Origin: Promethearchaeota archaeon Loki_b31
GTDB lineage: Archaea > Asgardarchaeota > Lokiarchaeia > Sigyniarchaeales > SOKP01
Reading direction: 5' to 3'
Assembly: GCA_005222975.1 (NCBI GenBank)
Contig: NJBI01000030.1
Coordinates: forward strand, 1 to 42,229
DNA: 42,229 nucleotides
Shown: piece after piece, positions 27,577 through 37,989 of the stretch
How the letters are laid out: each line of letters starts with the position of its first letter
Position numbering within the stretch: the first letter of the stretch is position 1
Translations under genes and position numbers: made by a program
Notes under the pieces: generated by a model
The model's input: only the letters and a program-made list of their open reading frames with translations
Told to the model about the DNA's origin: nothing
Databases searched by the model: none

Positions 27577-27715
27577 ATCATTTTATGAAATTATTTATGA
27601 AATTTATATAACTCTATTTCTCTATAAAAGAAAATTAAACTTAATAAGAATTATCTATAGTTAAATCTATAGAAATAAAAATTCAGAAAAAATTTACAAA
27701 TAAATTGCTAAAATT

Positions 27716-28477
27716 ATGTTTAAACATGCAATAGTCAGGAAACCATGTAAAAATTTTCAATTTGGGATTTCTACATCCAATTTAGGAAAACCTGATTATC
27801 AAAGGGCGTTAGTACAGCATTCAAAATACGTAGAAGCACTAAGAAAATGTAATCTCTCTGTACTTGAATTAAATGGAAACGATCGCTTTCCAGATTCTAC
27901 TTTTGTTGAAGATACCGCAATAGTGGACAGAGAATTTGCTGTAATTACTAGTCTTGGAGCAATAAGTAGACAGGGTGAAGAAATTGAAATGAGCGATAAA
28001 TTAAAGACATTTTACGACAATGTTGAATCAATAAGAAAACCTGGTACGCTAGAAGGAGGAGATGTAATGAAGGTTGAAGAACATTATTACATAGGACTTT
28101 CGAATAGAACAAATAATGAAGGAGCCAATCAATTAAAACGGATTTTAAAAAGATACGGATATTCTTCGTCTATAATTCCTCTTAAAAAAGTACTTCACTT
28201 AAAAACGGGAATATCTTATTTAGGGGATGCAATTTTACTTGTATCTGGGGAATTTAAAAACCATCATGATTTTAGGAAGTATAATCTTATAGAAGTTCAA
28301 GAAAGTGAAGCTTACGCAACAAATAGCATTAGAATAAATGAATATGTGTTTATACCAGAGGGATATGTAAACTTAAAGAAACAAATCCTAAACTTTAGTT
28401 TTAAAGTCATAGAACTTGAAATGTCTGAATTTGAAAAGATGGATGGAGGACTTTCTTGTCTCTCTCTTAGATTTTAG
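27716..28477 (+). CDS. ddah: Dimethylarginine dimethylaminohydrolase (amidinotransferase superfamily)
   Basis: FPDSTFVEDTA, R.GE, LEGGDV, RTN, LHLKT, DGGLSCLSLRF (catalytic Cys/His/Glu-Asp). Confidence 0.9.
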   Translation: MFKHAIVRKPCKNFQFGISTSNLGKPDYQRALVQHSKYVEALRKCNLSVLELNGNDRFPDSTFVEDTAIVDREFAVITSLGAISRQGEEIEMSDKLKTFYDNVESIRKPGTLEGGDVMKVEEHYYIGLSNRTNNEGANQLKRILKRYGYSSSIIPLKKVLHLKTGISYLGDAILLVSGEFKNHHDFRKYNLIEVQESEAYATNSIRINEYVFIPEGYVNLKKQILNFSFKVIELEMSEFEKMDGGLSCLSLRF

Positions 28478-28587
28478 AATTATCTACTTATTTAAGATTT
28501 AGAAAAAAGAATTATGCCTTAAAAGAATATTTAGATGTAATTTTACATTAAATATAATTAAACCTTGATTGGATTTGATAAGACACA

Positions 28588-30252
28588 GTGTCAGAAAAAA
28601 AAGAAGTGGATTCTCTTCTAGCTTATAGAAGAGCATTACTTCGAGGTTGTGGATATAATTATGAGGATTTAGCGAAACTCCGCATTGCAATTGTCAATTC
28701 TTGGAATGAAATTAACCCTGGACACATTCATTTGCAAAAGTTAAGCACTTTTGTAAAAGAGGGTGTGAAAGAAGCGGGAGGAACGCCTATGGAGTTCAAT
28801 ACGATAGCATTATGCGATGGAATTGCTAATTCGGGCAAAAATTCTAATTTTGTTTTACCTACGCGAGAAATCATTGCTTCATCAATTGAAAGTACGATAA
28901 AAGCCTATAAATTTGATGGAATGGTAATGTTATCTTCGTGCGATAAAATTATTCCAGGTATGCTCTTAGCAGCCGCTAGATGTGATATTCCTACAGTATT
29001 TCTAACTGGAGGAATTATGAAGCCAAAATATTTCAATGACGGTCCGTTAAAAGGAAAAACTTTTGTAACTTCTGATATCAAAGAAGCAATTGGTAGATTT
29101 AATGCAGGAAAAATTTGTGATGAAGATTTTTATCTTATTGAATCTGAAACTTGTTGTTCTCCAGGAGCGTGTAATATGATGGGCACAGCAAACACAATGG
29201 CTTGTATCGTTGAAGTAATGGGGCTTTCGTTACCTGATTGTGCTACTACAAGCGCAATAGGAAAGAGACGCGAAGATTTGAGTAAAAAAACGGGGGAAAC
29301 TATAATGAATTTGGTAGAAATGAATATTACTGCTCTAGATTTGATCACACATAAATCGATAGAAAACGCGTGCAAAGTTGCTTTATCTTTTGGAGGGTCC
29401 ACTAACATGATTCTTCATATGTGTGCGTTATCTCACGAAATTGGTGGCACTCTAAACCATTTTAATTTCGATAGATTAAGTAAATCTGTTCCGTTATTGG
29501 CTAAATTCAAACCGGCTTCCGAATATAACCTCACAGAGTTTCACGAAGCTGGTAGCGTTAAAGTTCTTACCAAGAAATTATCCAAGCTTTTAGATTTATC
29601 GACAGTGAATATTTTAGGAGAGTCGTTAGAAACATATCTTGAAAGAGTTGAAGTATTAGAAAATCAAATAATACGCGATCTAAACGATCCGATTTCAAAT
29701 GAAGGAGGTATTGCGGTATTAAAAGGAAATTTAGCGCCAGAAGGAGCAATAGTGAAGCAGAGTGCAGTTGACTATAACATGAGACATCATAAAGGACCTG
29801 CTAAAGTATTTGAAGCGGAAGAAGAATTAAAAGACGCTTTGATTAGTGATAAAATTAAAGAAGGGGATGTTTTAGTCGTTAGATACGAAGGTCCTAAAGG
29901 GGGTCCCGGTATGAGGGAATTATCTATCCCCGCAGCCGTTCTAATAGGTATGGGGCTAGGTGATTCTGTAGCAATGATAACTGATGGAAGGTACTCAGGC
30001 GCAACAAGAGGACCTTTCATAGGACATGTTTGTCCCGAAGCATTTGAAGGGGGTCCAATCTCAATAGTTCAAGATGGAGATATGATTGAAATAGATATAG
30101 AAAAACGTCTATTGAACTTATTAGTATCAGAAGAAGAAATTAAAAATAGATTAAAAAATTGGAAAAGACCCGAACCTAAGGTAAAGAAAGGTTATTTAAA
30201 TATATACAGAAAAATTGTAAGTTCTGCAAAATACGGGGCTTATTTAGATTAA
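28588..30252 (+). CDS. ilvD: Dihydroxy-acid dehydratase (IlvD/Edd family)
   Basis: [52 protein letters not shown]. Confidence 0.93.
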   Translation: MSEKKEVDSLLAYRRALLRGCGYNYEDLAKLRIAIVNSWNEINPGHIHLQKLSTFVKEGVKEAGGTPMEFNTIALCDGIANSGKNSNFVLPTREIIASSIESTIKAYKFDGMVMLSSCDKIIPGMLLAAARCDIPTVFLTGGIMKPKYFNDGPLKGKTFVTSDIKEAIGRFNAGKICDEDFYLIESETCCSPGACNMMGTANTMACIVEVMGLSLPDCATTSAIGKRREDLSKKTGETIMNLVEMNITALDLITHKSIENACKVALSFGGSTNMILHMCALSHEIGGTLNHFNFDRLSKSVPLLAKFKPASEYNLTEFHEAGSVKVLTKKLSKLLDLSTVNILGESLETYLERVEVLENQIIRDLNDPISNEGGIAVLKGNLAPEGAIVKQSAVDYNMRHHKGPAKVFEAEEELKDALISDKIKEGDVLVVRYEGPKGGPGMRELSIPAAVLIGMGLGDSVAMITDGRYSGATRGPFIGHVCPEAFEGGPISIVQDGDMIEIDIEKRLLNLLVSEEEIKNRLKNWKRPEPKVKKGYLNIYRKIVSSAKYGAYLD

Positions 30253-30257
30253 ATAAA

Positions 30258-31454
30258 TTGATAGAAATCAAAATGATAGATGAAAAACGCATAAAAGAAA
30301 ACTTAAAATCATTTTCCTTTCCAAGATTATCGGGTACAGACGACGAAAGAAAGGCTTTTAATTTAGCATTTAAGAAAATAGAACAATTAAAATTTAAACC
30401 GTTAAGTCAAGAGTTCGAAATTAGTACTTTTTATGCAAGAATTTACTCCAAAATTGCGTTTTTCTCGGGATTTACGCTTCTACTATTGTTGTTTTTAAAT
30501 TTTAAAACAATTATTACTCCAATTTCTTCAATACTTATTTTGTTGTTATTGGGTTTTTTATTTACAATTACAAGAAAACCGGAACGCATAAAAATAGGAA
30601 AGAAGTTAAATTCAGCAAACCTTTACGTTAAACTTGACTTAATGCCCAAGAATGAAGAGGCAGAAATTAACAAAATCAATGATAGAAAACGCGAAAAAGA
30701 CATTCTATTTTTTTGCCATTTAGACTCAAAAGGGCAAAGGTTTTCAATTCTTGTAAGAATAAGAGTTATAAGAGCTTGGGTTTTCTCATCCCTTACATTA
30801 ATTATTATAACAATTTGCAAGAACTATATTTTCGTTTCATATTCATTAGTGTTTTACATCGTCGGAGCATTTCCAATTGCAATTAACCTAATATCCACAA
30901 TTTTTATCCTATTAAACGCCACAAATAACAAATCTAAAGGAGCTATTGATAATGCTTCTGGAATTGCGTGCGTACTTGAATTGTTAAATTACTACTCAAA
31001 ACCAGAATTTAGGTTAAATCATTTCAATTTGTGGTTCGTGTTTACGGGCGCGGAAGAATGTGGAACTATGGGAATCCGGAATTTCTGCTATAAATTAGAA
31101 CACATTAACAAAAAGGAATCCATAATTCTCAATTTTGACGCGATCGCCAAAAATATATACTTATTTCCCGGTAAAAAAATGTCAGGAAATGTTAAATCCA
31201 TTTATAATACGTTTTTAAATAATAATAAGGGTTTGGAAATTAAAAGAAATCCTAAGAAAATATATTTTGGCTCTCATTCGGATGGATATTACTTAAAAAA
31301 GAATAAGTTTGAGGGGATAGGAATTGGCGACATGGAATCGTATAAATATATTCATTCGATTCGCGATACAGTAGACAAAATAGACAGTTCTTTGTTAAAA
31401 AATTTATGTGAGATGATCATCGATAACTTAATAGTATTTGATAACCAAACTTAA
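30258..31454 (+). CDS. M28 family metallopeptidase with transmembrane inserts
   Basis: CHLDSK, GAIDNASG, GAEECG, NFD, HSD, YIHS..D; hydrophobic hairpins. ATG 30273 is an alternative start. Confidence 0.85.
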   Translation: MIEIKMIDEKRIKENLKSFSFPRLSGTDDERKAFNLAFKKIEQLKFKPLSQEFEISTFYARIYSKIAFFSGFTLLLLLFLNFKTIITPISSILILLLLGFLFTITRKPERIKIGKKLNSANLYVKLDLMPKNEEAEINKINDRKREKDILFFCHLDSKGQRFSILVRIRVIRAWVFSSLTLIIITICKNYIFVSYSLVFYIVGAFPIAINLISTIFILLNATNNKSKGAIDNASGIACVLELLNYYSKPEFRLNHFNLWFVFTGAEECGTMGIRNFCYKLEHINKKESIILNFDAIAKNIYLFPGKKMSGNVKSIYNTFLNNNKGLEIKRNPKKIYFGSHSDGYYLKKNKFEGIGIGDMESYKYIHSIRDTVDKIDSSLLKNLCEMIIDNLIVFDNQT

Positions 31455-31484
31455 TTTAGATATTAAATTTTAAAGTGTTTAACA

Positions 31485-33023
31485 ATAATAGACTCGAGCA
31501 AAAAGGATTTAGGAGTAGTCTTAACTCCTCCAAAAACGGCAGATTATATCATATCTCAATTAGGTATAATTAAAAACAATCAAAAAGTATTAGATCCGTG
31601 CGTAGGTCCTGGAGCTTTTGTTAAATCGTTATTGAAAGCTGGAATTAAAAAAACACAGATTTCTGCTTATGACGTGAATCTTGCTTATAAAACAGATATT
31701 GAAGAATTAGGTATATCCTTTAAAGCAGTAGATACTTTAATATCGTTTGATTCGGATTGCTATAACGAGTTCGATTTTATTGTTGGAAACCCTCCTTACT
31801 TAAATAAGGCAAGTAGTTACGTGAGAGAAAATAGGCTAAAGTTAAAAAAAATTTATGGGAAAATCAACGCTCACGAAACTTATTCAATGTTTATAGTGAA
31901 TAGCATATGGCGTTTGAAGGAGGGAGGGAAATTAGGCTTCATCACGAGCGATACTTTCTTAACTTTAAGCACTCATAAAAAATTAAGAGAATTCATTCTT
32001 AAAAATTGTATAATAAACGAAATATTACTCGCACCAACTAATTTATTTGATAAACAGAACGTTAGCACATATCCAGCAATAATCATTTTAACTAAGCGTT
32101 CCGGAGATAGCAATGAGCAAGTTCGAGATAATAATTTAATGAGTATAATTTCGAGAATTAAAAATGAAGCCGAATATTGGAAACCACAGGTTGTAAACGA
32201 AATCAAGCAGAGAAGATATAAATCTTTACCTTTTAACATATTTTTTTTTGAAGTAGAGGACCAAATAATTGATATGTTTGATAACGCTCCTAAACTAGAT
32301 AAATATATTAAAGGGTATATCGGAATGCACACTCATAACAATAAGAAATTCGTTGCTGCGATTGAAGGTACGGAACTAGCAGACATTTTCAGAAAGAAAA
32401 ACTATACAAAAATTAAACAAAATGAGAAATTCAAAATTGTTTTAGGAAACGATTTGAAAGCAGAGAGATGGAAACCTTATCTAAAAAGAGGTGGAGGTGA
32501 TCAATATTATAGACCTATTATGGAAGCTTTAGATTGGGACGAAAAGTCGATCCCTGTTTATGACATTCCAAATAATGTGCCTTTTGAAAAAGAAGGAGTC
32601 GTCATTAGCGGTATTAGCTCAAGGTTAGCCGCTCGTTATATGCCAAAAGGTTGCTATTGGGACTCGAATAAGGCAATTGGTTTTATCGCTAAGGACAAAT
32701 CGATTTCTATTGAATATTTCTTAGGACTATTGAATAGTTCTCTATATAATTATCTATCTAAAGGAATTATAAACAATACCAACAGCATTCAAATATCTGG
32801 GATTCATTCTTTGCCTTTTATTAAGCCCAACAAAGAAACACAAGAAGAGGTTAAAGTATTGGTTAAACAAATAATTGAAAATAAGAAAAAAAACTTAGGT
32901 TATGATTATACACGTGAACAGAAATCAATTGATGATATAATTTTTAATTTTTATGCTGTAAGATTTAATTTTTCATCAAAACTAAAAAAAAAATTAGAAG
33001 AAAATTACGCGATTTATAAATAA
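31485..33023 (+). CDS. N6-adenine DNA methyltransferase (TaqI/Eco57I-like, gamma class) with C-terminal TRD; probable ATA start upstream of the ORF-track start
   Basis: The frame is open upstream of 31632 to a stop at 31464 and contains LGVVLTP and motif I VLDPCVGPGAF. Downstream: VGNPPY, LKEGGKLGFITS, YFLGLLNS. Confidence 0.87.
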   Translation: MIDSSKKDLGVVLTPPKTADYIISQLGIIKNNQKVLDPCVGPGAFVKSLLKAGIKKTQISAYDVNLAYKTDIEELGISFKAVDTLISFDSDCYNEFDFIVGNPPYLNKASSYVRENRLKLKKIYGKINAHETYSMFIVNSIWRLKEGGKLGFITSDTFLTLSTHKKLREFILKNCIINEILLAPTNLFDKQNVSTYPAIIILTKRSGDSNEQVRDNNLMSIISRIKNEAEYWKPQVVNEIKQRRYKSLPFNIFFFEVEDQIIDMFDNAPKLDKYIKGYIGMHTHNNKKFVAAIEGTELADIFRKKNYTKIKQNEKFKIVLGNDLKAERWKPYLKRGGGDQYYRPIMEALDWDEKSIPVYDIPNNVPFEKEGVVISGISSRLAARYMPKGCYWDSNKAIGFIAKDKSISIEYFLGLLNSSLYNYLSKGIINNTNSIQISGIHSLPFIKPNKETQEEVKVLVKQIIENKKKNLGYDYTREQKSIDDIIFNFYAVRFNFSSKLKKKLEENYAIYK

Positions 33024-33024
33024 T

Positions 33025-34311
33025 TTATAACAACAAATACTTATCCAATTCCCATTTGGCTTCTTTTCCGTTGTTTTTAGCAATTTGGTATTGATCAATT
33101 TCTTCTCGTTTAATTTCTACATAAAGATCTACCAATTGTTTTCCAAGAATTTTCTTGATAAATTTACTGTTCTCGAACGCTTCTAAAGACTTTTGTAAAC
33201 TCGGGGGTAATTTTTTAATACCTAAAGTTTTTCGCTTCTCCTCAGTTAAAGAGTCTATATCTTCAGTAGTTGGAGTGTTGGGTTCGATTTTATTTTTTAC
33301 TCCATCTAAGCCAGAGGCAAGTAAAAGGGCAGTTCCAAGATAGATGTTCATGGCTGCATCACCAGCACGATATTCTATCCTAGCAGATTTTTCATATCCT
33401 GGCACGCGAATTAAAGCGGTTCTGTTACCTACCCCCCAAGACACATAAACTGGCGCTTCGTGATTAGGAATAAGTCGCTTATAAGAATTTGTAATAGGAT
33501 TTAAAATGGCTGATATGGCGTCTACACGCTTTTGAATCCCCCCGATATAGTAACGGAGGAGGTCGCTGACACCTGCGTCAGCATCAGCAAATATATTCTT
33601 CCCATTATTAACTAAATATTGATGAATATGTAAACCACTTCCTGCTACTAACGGAAATGGTTTTGGCATGAATGTAGAAATTAAATTTTTACAATATGAT
33701 TCGACGTGTACTATCATTTTTGCTGTTTGGACGTTATCAGCTTGATATAACGCATTATTAGCTATAAATTCTACTTCGTGTTGACTCGGTCCAACTTCGT
33801 GGTGAATAGTTTTGAGCTTAATGCCCATACTAATCATATCATCGGTTATCTTGCGTCGCAATTCGTGAAATGAATCTTTAGGAGGCACATCCATATAAGC
33901 GCCCTTATCGGTAAATTCTCGATCGTTTGATAGTAAATACCATTCTAATTCTGGTCTTGTTAGAAATTCATAGCCCTTAGAATTTGCATCACTTAAAATT
34001 CTCTTCAATATCCCTCTTGGGCAGGTAGGATAGGCAATTCCTTTATTGTCGGTTATATCGCAAATAAATCTCCCCACCCTATGATTCCATGGAAGAATCG
34101 CAAATGTGTTTAAATCTGGCACGGTTTTCATGTCGCTTTGCTCTGTTTTTAAAAAACCAAGACTAGACCCGTCAATACCGGCTCCCTCTTTCATATCTTC
34201 CCAGATTTTTGCTGGAAATTCAACACACTTAAATTCCCCTAAAATCGTGGTAAATTGAAATTGTATGTAATCAATACTTTTTTCTTCAAATAATTCCAAA
34301 AAATCTTTCAT
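33025..34311 (-). CDS. glnA: Glutamine synthetase type I family protein
   Basis: DGSS, QSDM, PELE, HHEVGPSQHE, FMPKP, GSGLHIH, NSYKRL.P.HEAP, NRTALIRVP, RIEYR. Confidence 0.88.
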   Translation of the reverse strand: MKDFLELFEEKSIDYIQFQFTTILGEFKCVEFPAKIWEDMKEGAGIDGSSLGFLKTEQSDMKTVPDLNTFAILPWNHRVGRFICDITDNKGIAYPTCPRGILKRILSDANSKGYEFLTRPELEWYLLSNDREFTDKGAYMDVPPKDSFHELRRKITDDMISMGIKLKTIHHEVGPSQHEVEFIANNALYQADNVQTAKMIVHVESYCKNLISTFMPKPFPLVAGSGLHIHQYLVNNGKNIFADADAGVSDLLRYYIGGIQKRVDAISAILNPITNSYKRLIPNHEAPVYVSWGVGNRTALIRVPGYEKSARIEYRAGDAAMNIYLGTALLLASGLDGVKNKIEPNTPTTEDIDSLTEEKRKTLGIKKLPPSLQKSLEAFENSKFIKKILGKQLVDLYVEIKREEIDQYQIAKNNGKEAKWELDKYLLL

Positions 34312-34425
34312 AACAATTCTCACTCAATATAATAATTGGTTATTAAATTTCTTTTTTTTTATTTTTATGATTAAAATTAAAAGGTTGAATCATATCACAT
34401 AATAATACAAATTAGAGGTGAAAAA

Positions 34426-34623
34426 ATGCCAATTATTCATGTAAATGTTTGGAAGGGCTTTGGAGATGAAAGAGTTAAAACCGTAATACAAAACATAACC
34501 AAAGTCTTTGTTGACTTAGGCGTTCCCCAACACGCTGTAGAAGTAATTGTTCACGAAATCCCAAAGACTCATTGGGGAATTGGTGGAGAACCTGCTTCTG
34601 AAAAATTCAAGGAACAACATTAA
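34426..34623 (+). CDS. 4-oxalocrotonate tautomerase family protein
   Basis: Catalytic Pro-1 (MPIIHV), V.VIVHEIP..HWGIGG; GAGGTG SD 5 nt upstream. Confidence 0.9.
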   Translation: MPIIHVNVWKGFGDERVKTVIQNITKVFVDLGVPQHAVEVIVHEIPKTHWGIGGEPASEKFKEQH

Positions 34624-34650
34624 ACAAAGGCTATATAATAATAGAAAAAT

Positions 34651-36468
34651 TTATAATTTTTCTTCTTTTATTTCTTCTTCGTACTTTATTCTTCGCTCTG
34701 TAAGATAATATGGAATTGGAACATCCCACCAACCACATGCAGGGCTTCCGGTGTGAGGATAATCTCTATTTACAAGAATTTCTATAACCACAGGCTTATT
34801 TGATTTGCTAGCTCGCTCTAATGCGGGAATTATTTCTTCTTTTTTAGAAATCTTCTCAGAGTAGCATCCAAAACCCTCAGCAATCTTTGAAAAATCGGGA
34901 GAATATGTATTTCCACTTTTATCGTAAAAACTTGTGCCATAACCTCGATCTTCGCCAAATGCTTCTTGTTGAAGATCCTTGATAGCAATCCAACCATGAT
35001 TATTTAAGACTATAAAGAAGATGTTAGTTAATCCTAATTGAACTGCTACAGATAGCTCCGAAATCGTCATCATCAAATCACCATCGCCTACGAGTGCTAC
35101 GACTTGACGATTAGGTTTTCCTATATCTATTGAACCTAGTTTTGCGCCAATTGCGGCTGGAACGCTATATCCCATCGTAGAGAATCCTCCAGCAGTAATA
35201 CAAGTTTTAGGCTCGTAAAATTCTAACTCTTGGATCATTTGAGCTTGTACATTACCTGAGCTAGTTACAATTGTTGCGTCTCTATCGAAAAACTTTCTTA
35301 TTCCCCTTAAAACGGTTGAGATCATTACTGGTACTTTTGAATCGTCTCGAAACTCATCAAGAGAATTAAACCATTTCTTTTTCTCTTCTTGCATTTCTTT
35401 AAAGTAGTTAGTGCCCTTATAATCGATCATATAATCACTGAGTTCTTCTAAGATTTGCTGTAAACAAGCTTTCGCGTCTCCTACTATTCCAACTGCAACA
35501 GGATAGTTTTTTCCGATTTCATGAGGATCTATATCTATTTGAATTAATTTTGTTGGAGGTATCGAAAAACTTATTCCATCCTTATATGAACTTGCTGTTT
35601 CATCAGCAAATCTGCAACCAACAGCAAGTAAAACATCAGAAGTAGAAGTCATCTTTAAACCAACTGTAGTTCCCTTACTACCCGTAGCCCAACAAAAAAG
35701 AGGGTGATCATTTGGAAATGCATCTTTTGCCATCATTGTAGATACAACACCAGCTCCAACTTTTTCTGCTAACTCCTTAATCTCATCAAAAGCTTCAGAT
35801 GTAACAACCCCACCTCCTAATATAAAGACCGGTCTTTTTCCTTTTTTTAATAAAGTTGAAGCCCTTTTGATTATTTTTGGATCGCCCCAAACCCTACCTA
35901 TTACTCGTCTTTCTAAAGGTTTAGGAATTATTGTCTCAATAGCAGCAGCTTGAGTGTCTAAAGGTAGATCTATAGCAACAGGACCTCTTCTTCCTGTTAG
36001 CATTTGATTAAATGCTCTTTGCATTATCGAGGGTATCTGACCTACTATATCAACCTGAAAACTACGTTTTACAATAGGTTCTAAAATTCTTGGCATATCT
36101 GAATCCCTTTTTCGTTCAATTTCCTGTAAAACACCTTTACCTCTCATGTGAACGTGAGTATCGCCTGTAATGACTAAAACGGGCATGCTATCGACGAATG
36201 CGTCAGCAAGTCCGATTGCCGTATTTATTGCACCAGGTCCTATTGAAGTAAAAACACAAAGCGGTTGATTCGTAATCCTATAATAACCTATTGCCATGTG
36301 TACAGCACTCATTTCCTGTTTTGGCTGAATTAAGGTAAGTTTATCTCGTTCTTTAAAGAATGCATCGACTAAGGGTAAATTTCCATGTCCAGGGATACCG
36401 ATAACATATTTTACACCTTCTTTTATCAGATATTTGGCGATTATTTCGCCTCCAGTATATTTAGGCAT
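34651..36468 (-). CDS. Thiamine-diphosphate enzyme, acetolactate-synthase superfamily, IolD-like
   Basis: GIPGHGN, QE, SIGPGA.N, GFSTMGY, GDG...LNN ThDP motif, C-terminal WWDVP. Confidence 0.85.
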   Translation of the reverse strand: MPKYTGGEIIAKYLIKEGVKYVIGIPGHGNLPLVDAFFKERDKLTLIQPKQEMSAVHMAIGYYRITNQPLCVFTSIGPGAINTAIGLADAFVDSMPVLVITGDTHVHMRGKGVLQEIERKRDSDMPRILEPIVKRSFQVDIVGQIPSIMQRAFNQMLTGRRGPVAIDLPLDTQAAAIETIIPKPLERRVIGRVWGDPKIIKRASTLLKKGKRPVFILGGGVVTSEAFDEIKELAEKVGAGVVSTMMAKDAFPNDHPLFCWATGSKGTTVGLKMTSTSDVLLAVGCRFADETASSYKDGISFSIPPTKLIQIDIDPHEIGKNYPVAVGIVGDAKACLQQILEELSDYMIDYKGTNYFKEMQEEKKKWFNSLDEFRDDSKVPVMISTVLRGIRKFFDRDATIVTSSGNVQAQMIQELEFYEPKTCITAGGFSTMGYSVPAAIGAKLGSIDIGKPNRQVVALVGDGDLMMTISELSVAVQLGLTNIFFIVLNNHGWIAIKDLQQEAFGEDRGYGTSFYDKSGNTYSPDFSKIAEGFGCYSEKISKKEEIIPALERASKSNKPVVIEILVNRDYPHTGSPACGWWDVPIPYYLTERRIKYEEEIKEEKL

Positions 36469-36663
36469 TATTATCAATCAATGGTTTAAGTATAAAATAA
36501 ATATATCTAATATTTAACAGAAAAGAAATTAAAACTTAAATTTTTATAAAAATATAGATTTATTTTAAAAATTCAATATGCCCCTCGATTTATAAGGCAA
36601 ACATCTAGAGATAGATTTATATACCATATTAAAAAAAATAATTCTATTTAACTGATGATTTAA

Positions 36664-37989
36664 GTGCCGTCTACTTTAGAAAAGATTCGAGTCTTGGGAG
36701 CAAATTCAAAATATGATATTTGTGCGAGTACTGCATCTAGTCGCACTGATAAATATCCAAAACTTTTTGGAGAGTCGAAAAATTGGATTGGAGCCACAGC
36801 AAGTGCTGGAATTTGCCACAGCTATACACCTGATGGTCGATGCATGAGTCTTTTCAAAACTCTATACACTAACAAATGCATCTACAGTTGTAAGTACTGC
36901 TTTACTAATAATTGTAAGCACCGGATGAGTTTTACACCAGAAGAATATGCTCGCACATTTATGAAACTCTATTCTATGAATGTGGTGGAGGGAGTGTTCA
37001 TTTCATCTGGAGTTTGTGGCAGCGCCGATGAAACAACCGAGGAAATGTTGGAAGTGGTTCGACTACTTCGATTCAAATATAACTTTGGTGGATATGTGCA
37101 TTTTAAGTGTTTGCCAGGTGTGAGTAGGTATCTTCTTAAAGAGGCAATATCTCTATCTGATCGTATTTCAATTAATTCGGAAGCTTCCACTAAAGATCAC
37201 TTGGCCGAAATAGCAGAACAGAAAGATTTTAACAAAGATATTATAACTCGTCAGCGCTGGTTAAAACAGATTCGCATCAGATACAATGATGAAACCCTCA
37301 AAATCTTGAAAGATTTAAAACAAGATAACCAATTGAGACGCCAAGAAAATATGATTAAAGGTCGACGGGAAGATGGGTACAAAAAATTTCGATGGGATGG
37401 CGCTCCAATTCTCAATAGCGGACAGACCACGCAATTTGTAGTGGGGGCTGCAGAAAGTGAAAGTGATTACGACCTACTAAAACGAATTGATTGGGGATAT
37501 AAAGAAATTGATCTAAGGCGTGCATATTTTTCTTCGTTCATTTCAATTGAAGGGACACCGTTAGCAGGTAAACAAGCAGCTTCGTTAGCAAGAGAACATA
37601 GATTATATCAAAGCGATTGGTTATTACGAATCTATCATTATAAATTGAAAGATTTGAAAGAAGTATTGACCGAAGAAGGTAATTTACCCGAAGGAGATCC
37701 CAAAATTCACTTAGCAAGAGAGTATTTTAAAGATCGTGGCCCAGTGGATCCAAACCAAGCGTCCTACAAAGATTTGCTCCGAGTTCCTGGAATTGGTCCA
37801 ATCTCCGCTAAACGGATAATTAATTTACGAGCTAAAAAATTTTTGTTTAAGCGCAGACAAGATCTTAAATCTGTTGGCGTGGTGTTAAAACGAGCTGAAC
37901 CGTATCTCTTGGTAAACGGACAGAAGCAAACTACTCTTCCTGCTTTTACCGATCTTAACAATAGCACAATTTTACAGAGTGAAATATAA
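36664..37989 (+). CDS. Putative DNA modification/repair radical SAM protein with C-terminal helix-hairpin-helix (TIGR03916-like)
   Basis: KYD.C, GICHSYTPDGRC.SLFK, CIYSCKYC, GQTTQ..VGA, REHRLYQ.DWLLR.Y, LLRVPGIGP.SA.RI. Confidence 0.92.
   Translation: MPSTLEKIRVLGANSKYDICASTASSRTDKYPKLFGESKNWIGATASAGICHSYTPDGRCMSLFKTLYTNKCIYSCKYCFTNNCKHRMSFTPEEYARTFMKLYSMNVVEGVFISSGVCGSADETTEEMLEVVRLLRFKYNFGGYVHFKCLPGVSRYLLKEAISLSDRISINSEASTKDHLAEIAEQKDFNKDIITRQRWLKQIRIRYNDETLKILKDLKQDNQLRRQENMIKGRREDGYKKFRWDGAPILNSGQTTQFVVGAAESESDYDLLKRIDWGYKEIDLRRAYFSSFISIEGTPLAGKQAASLAREHRLYQSDWLLRIYHYKLKDLKEVLTEEGNLPEGDPKIHLAREYFKDRGPVDPNQASYKDLLRVPGIGPISAKRIINLRAKKFLFKRRQDLKSVGVVLKRAEPYLLVNGQKQTTLPAFTDLNNSTILQSEI

Noticed and set aside
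27650-27677. Xer/dif recombination site (11-6-11 geometry)
   Set aside because: The inner arms are TAG/CTA instead of the usual TAA/TTA, the outer arms match poorly, and no recombinase is nearby.
13827-33023. Complete restriction-modification or defence island
   Set aside because: Neither MTase has an adjacent nuclease, specificity subunit or other defence gene; the neighbours are housekeeping or metabolic genes.
33025-34311. GS-like gamma-glutamyl-methylamide ligase coupled to DDAH
   Set aside because: The ammonium-site features of true GS (SD in QSDM, Glu flap in HEAP) appear retained, and the genes are not co-transcribed, so there is no positive support.
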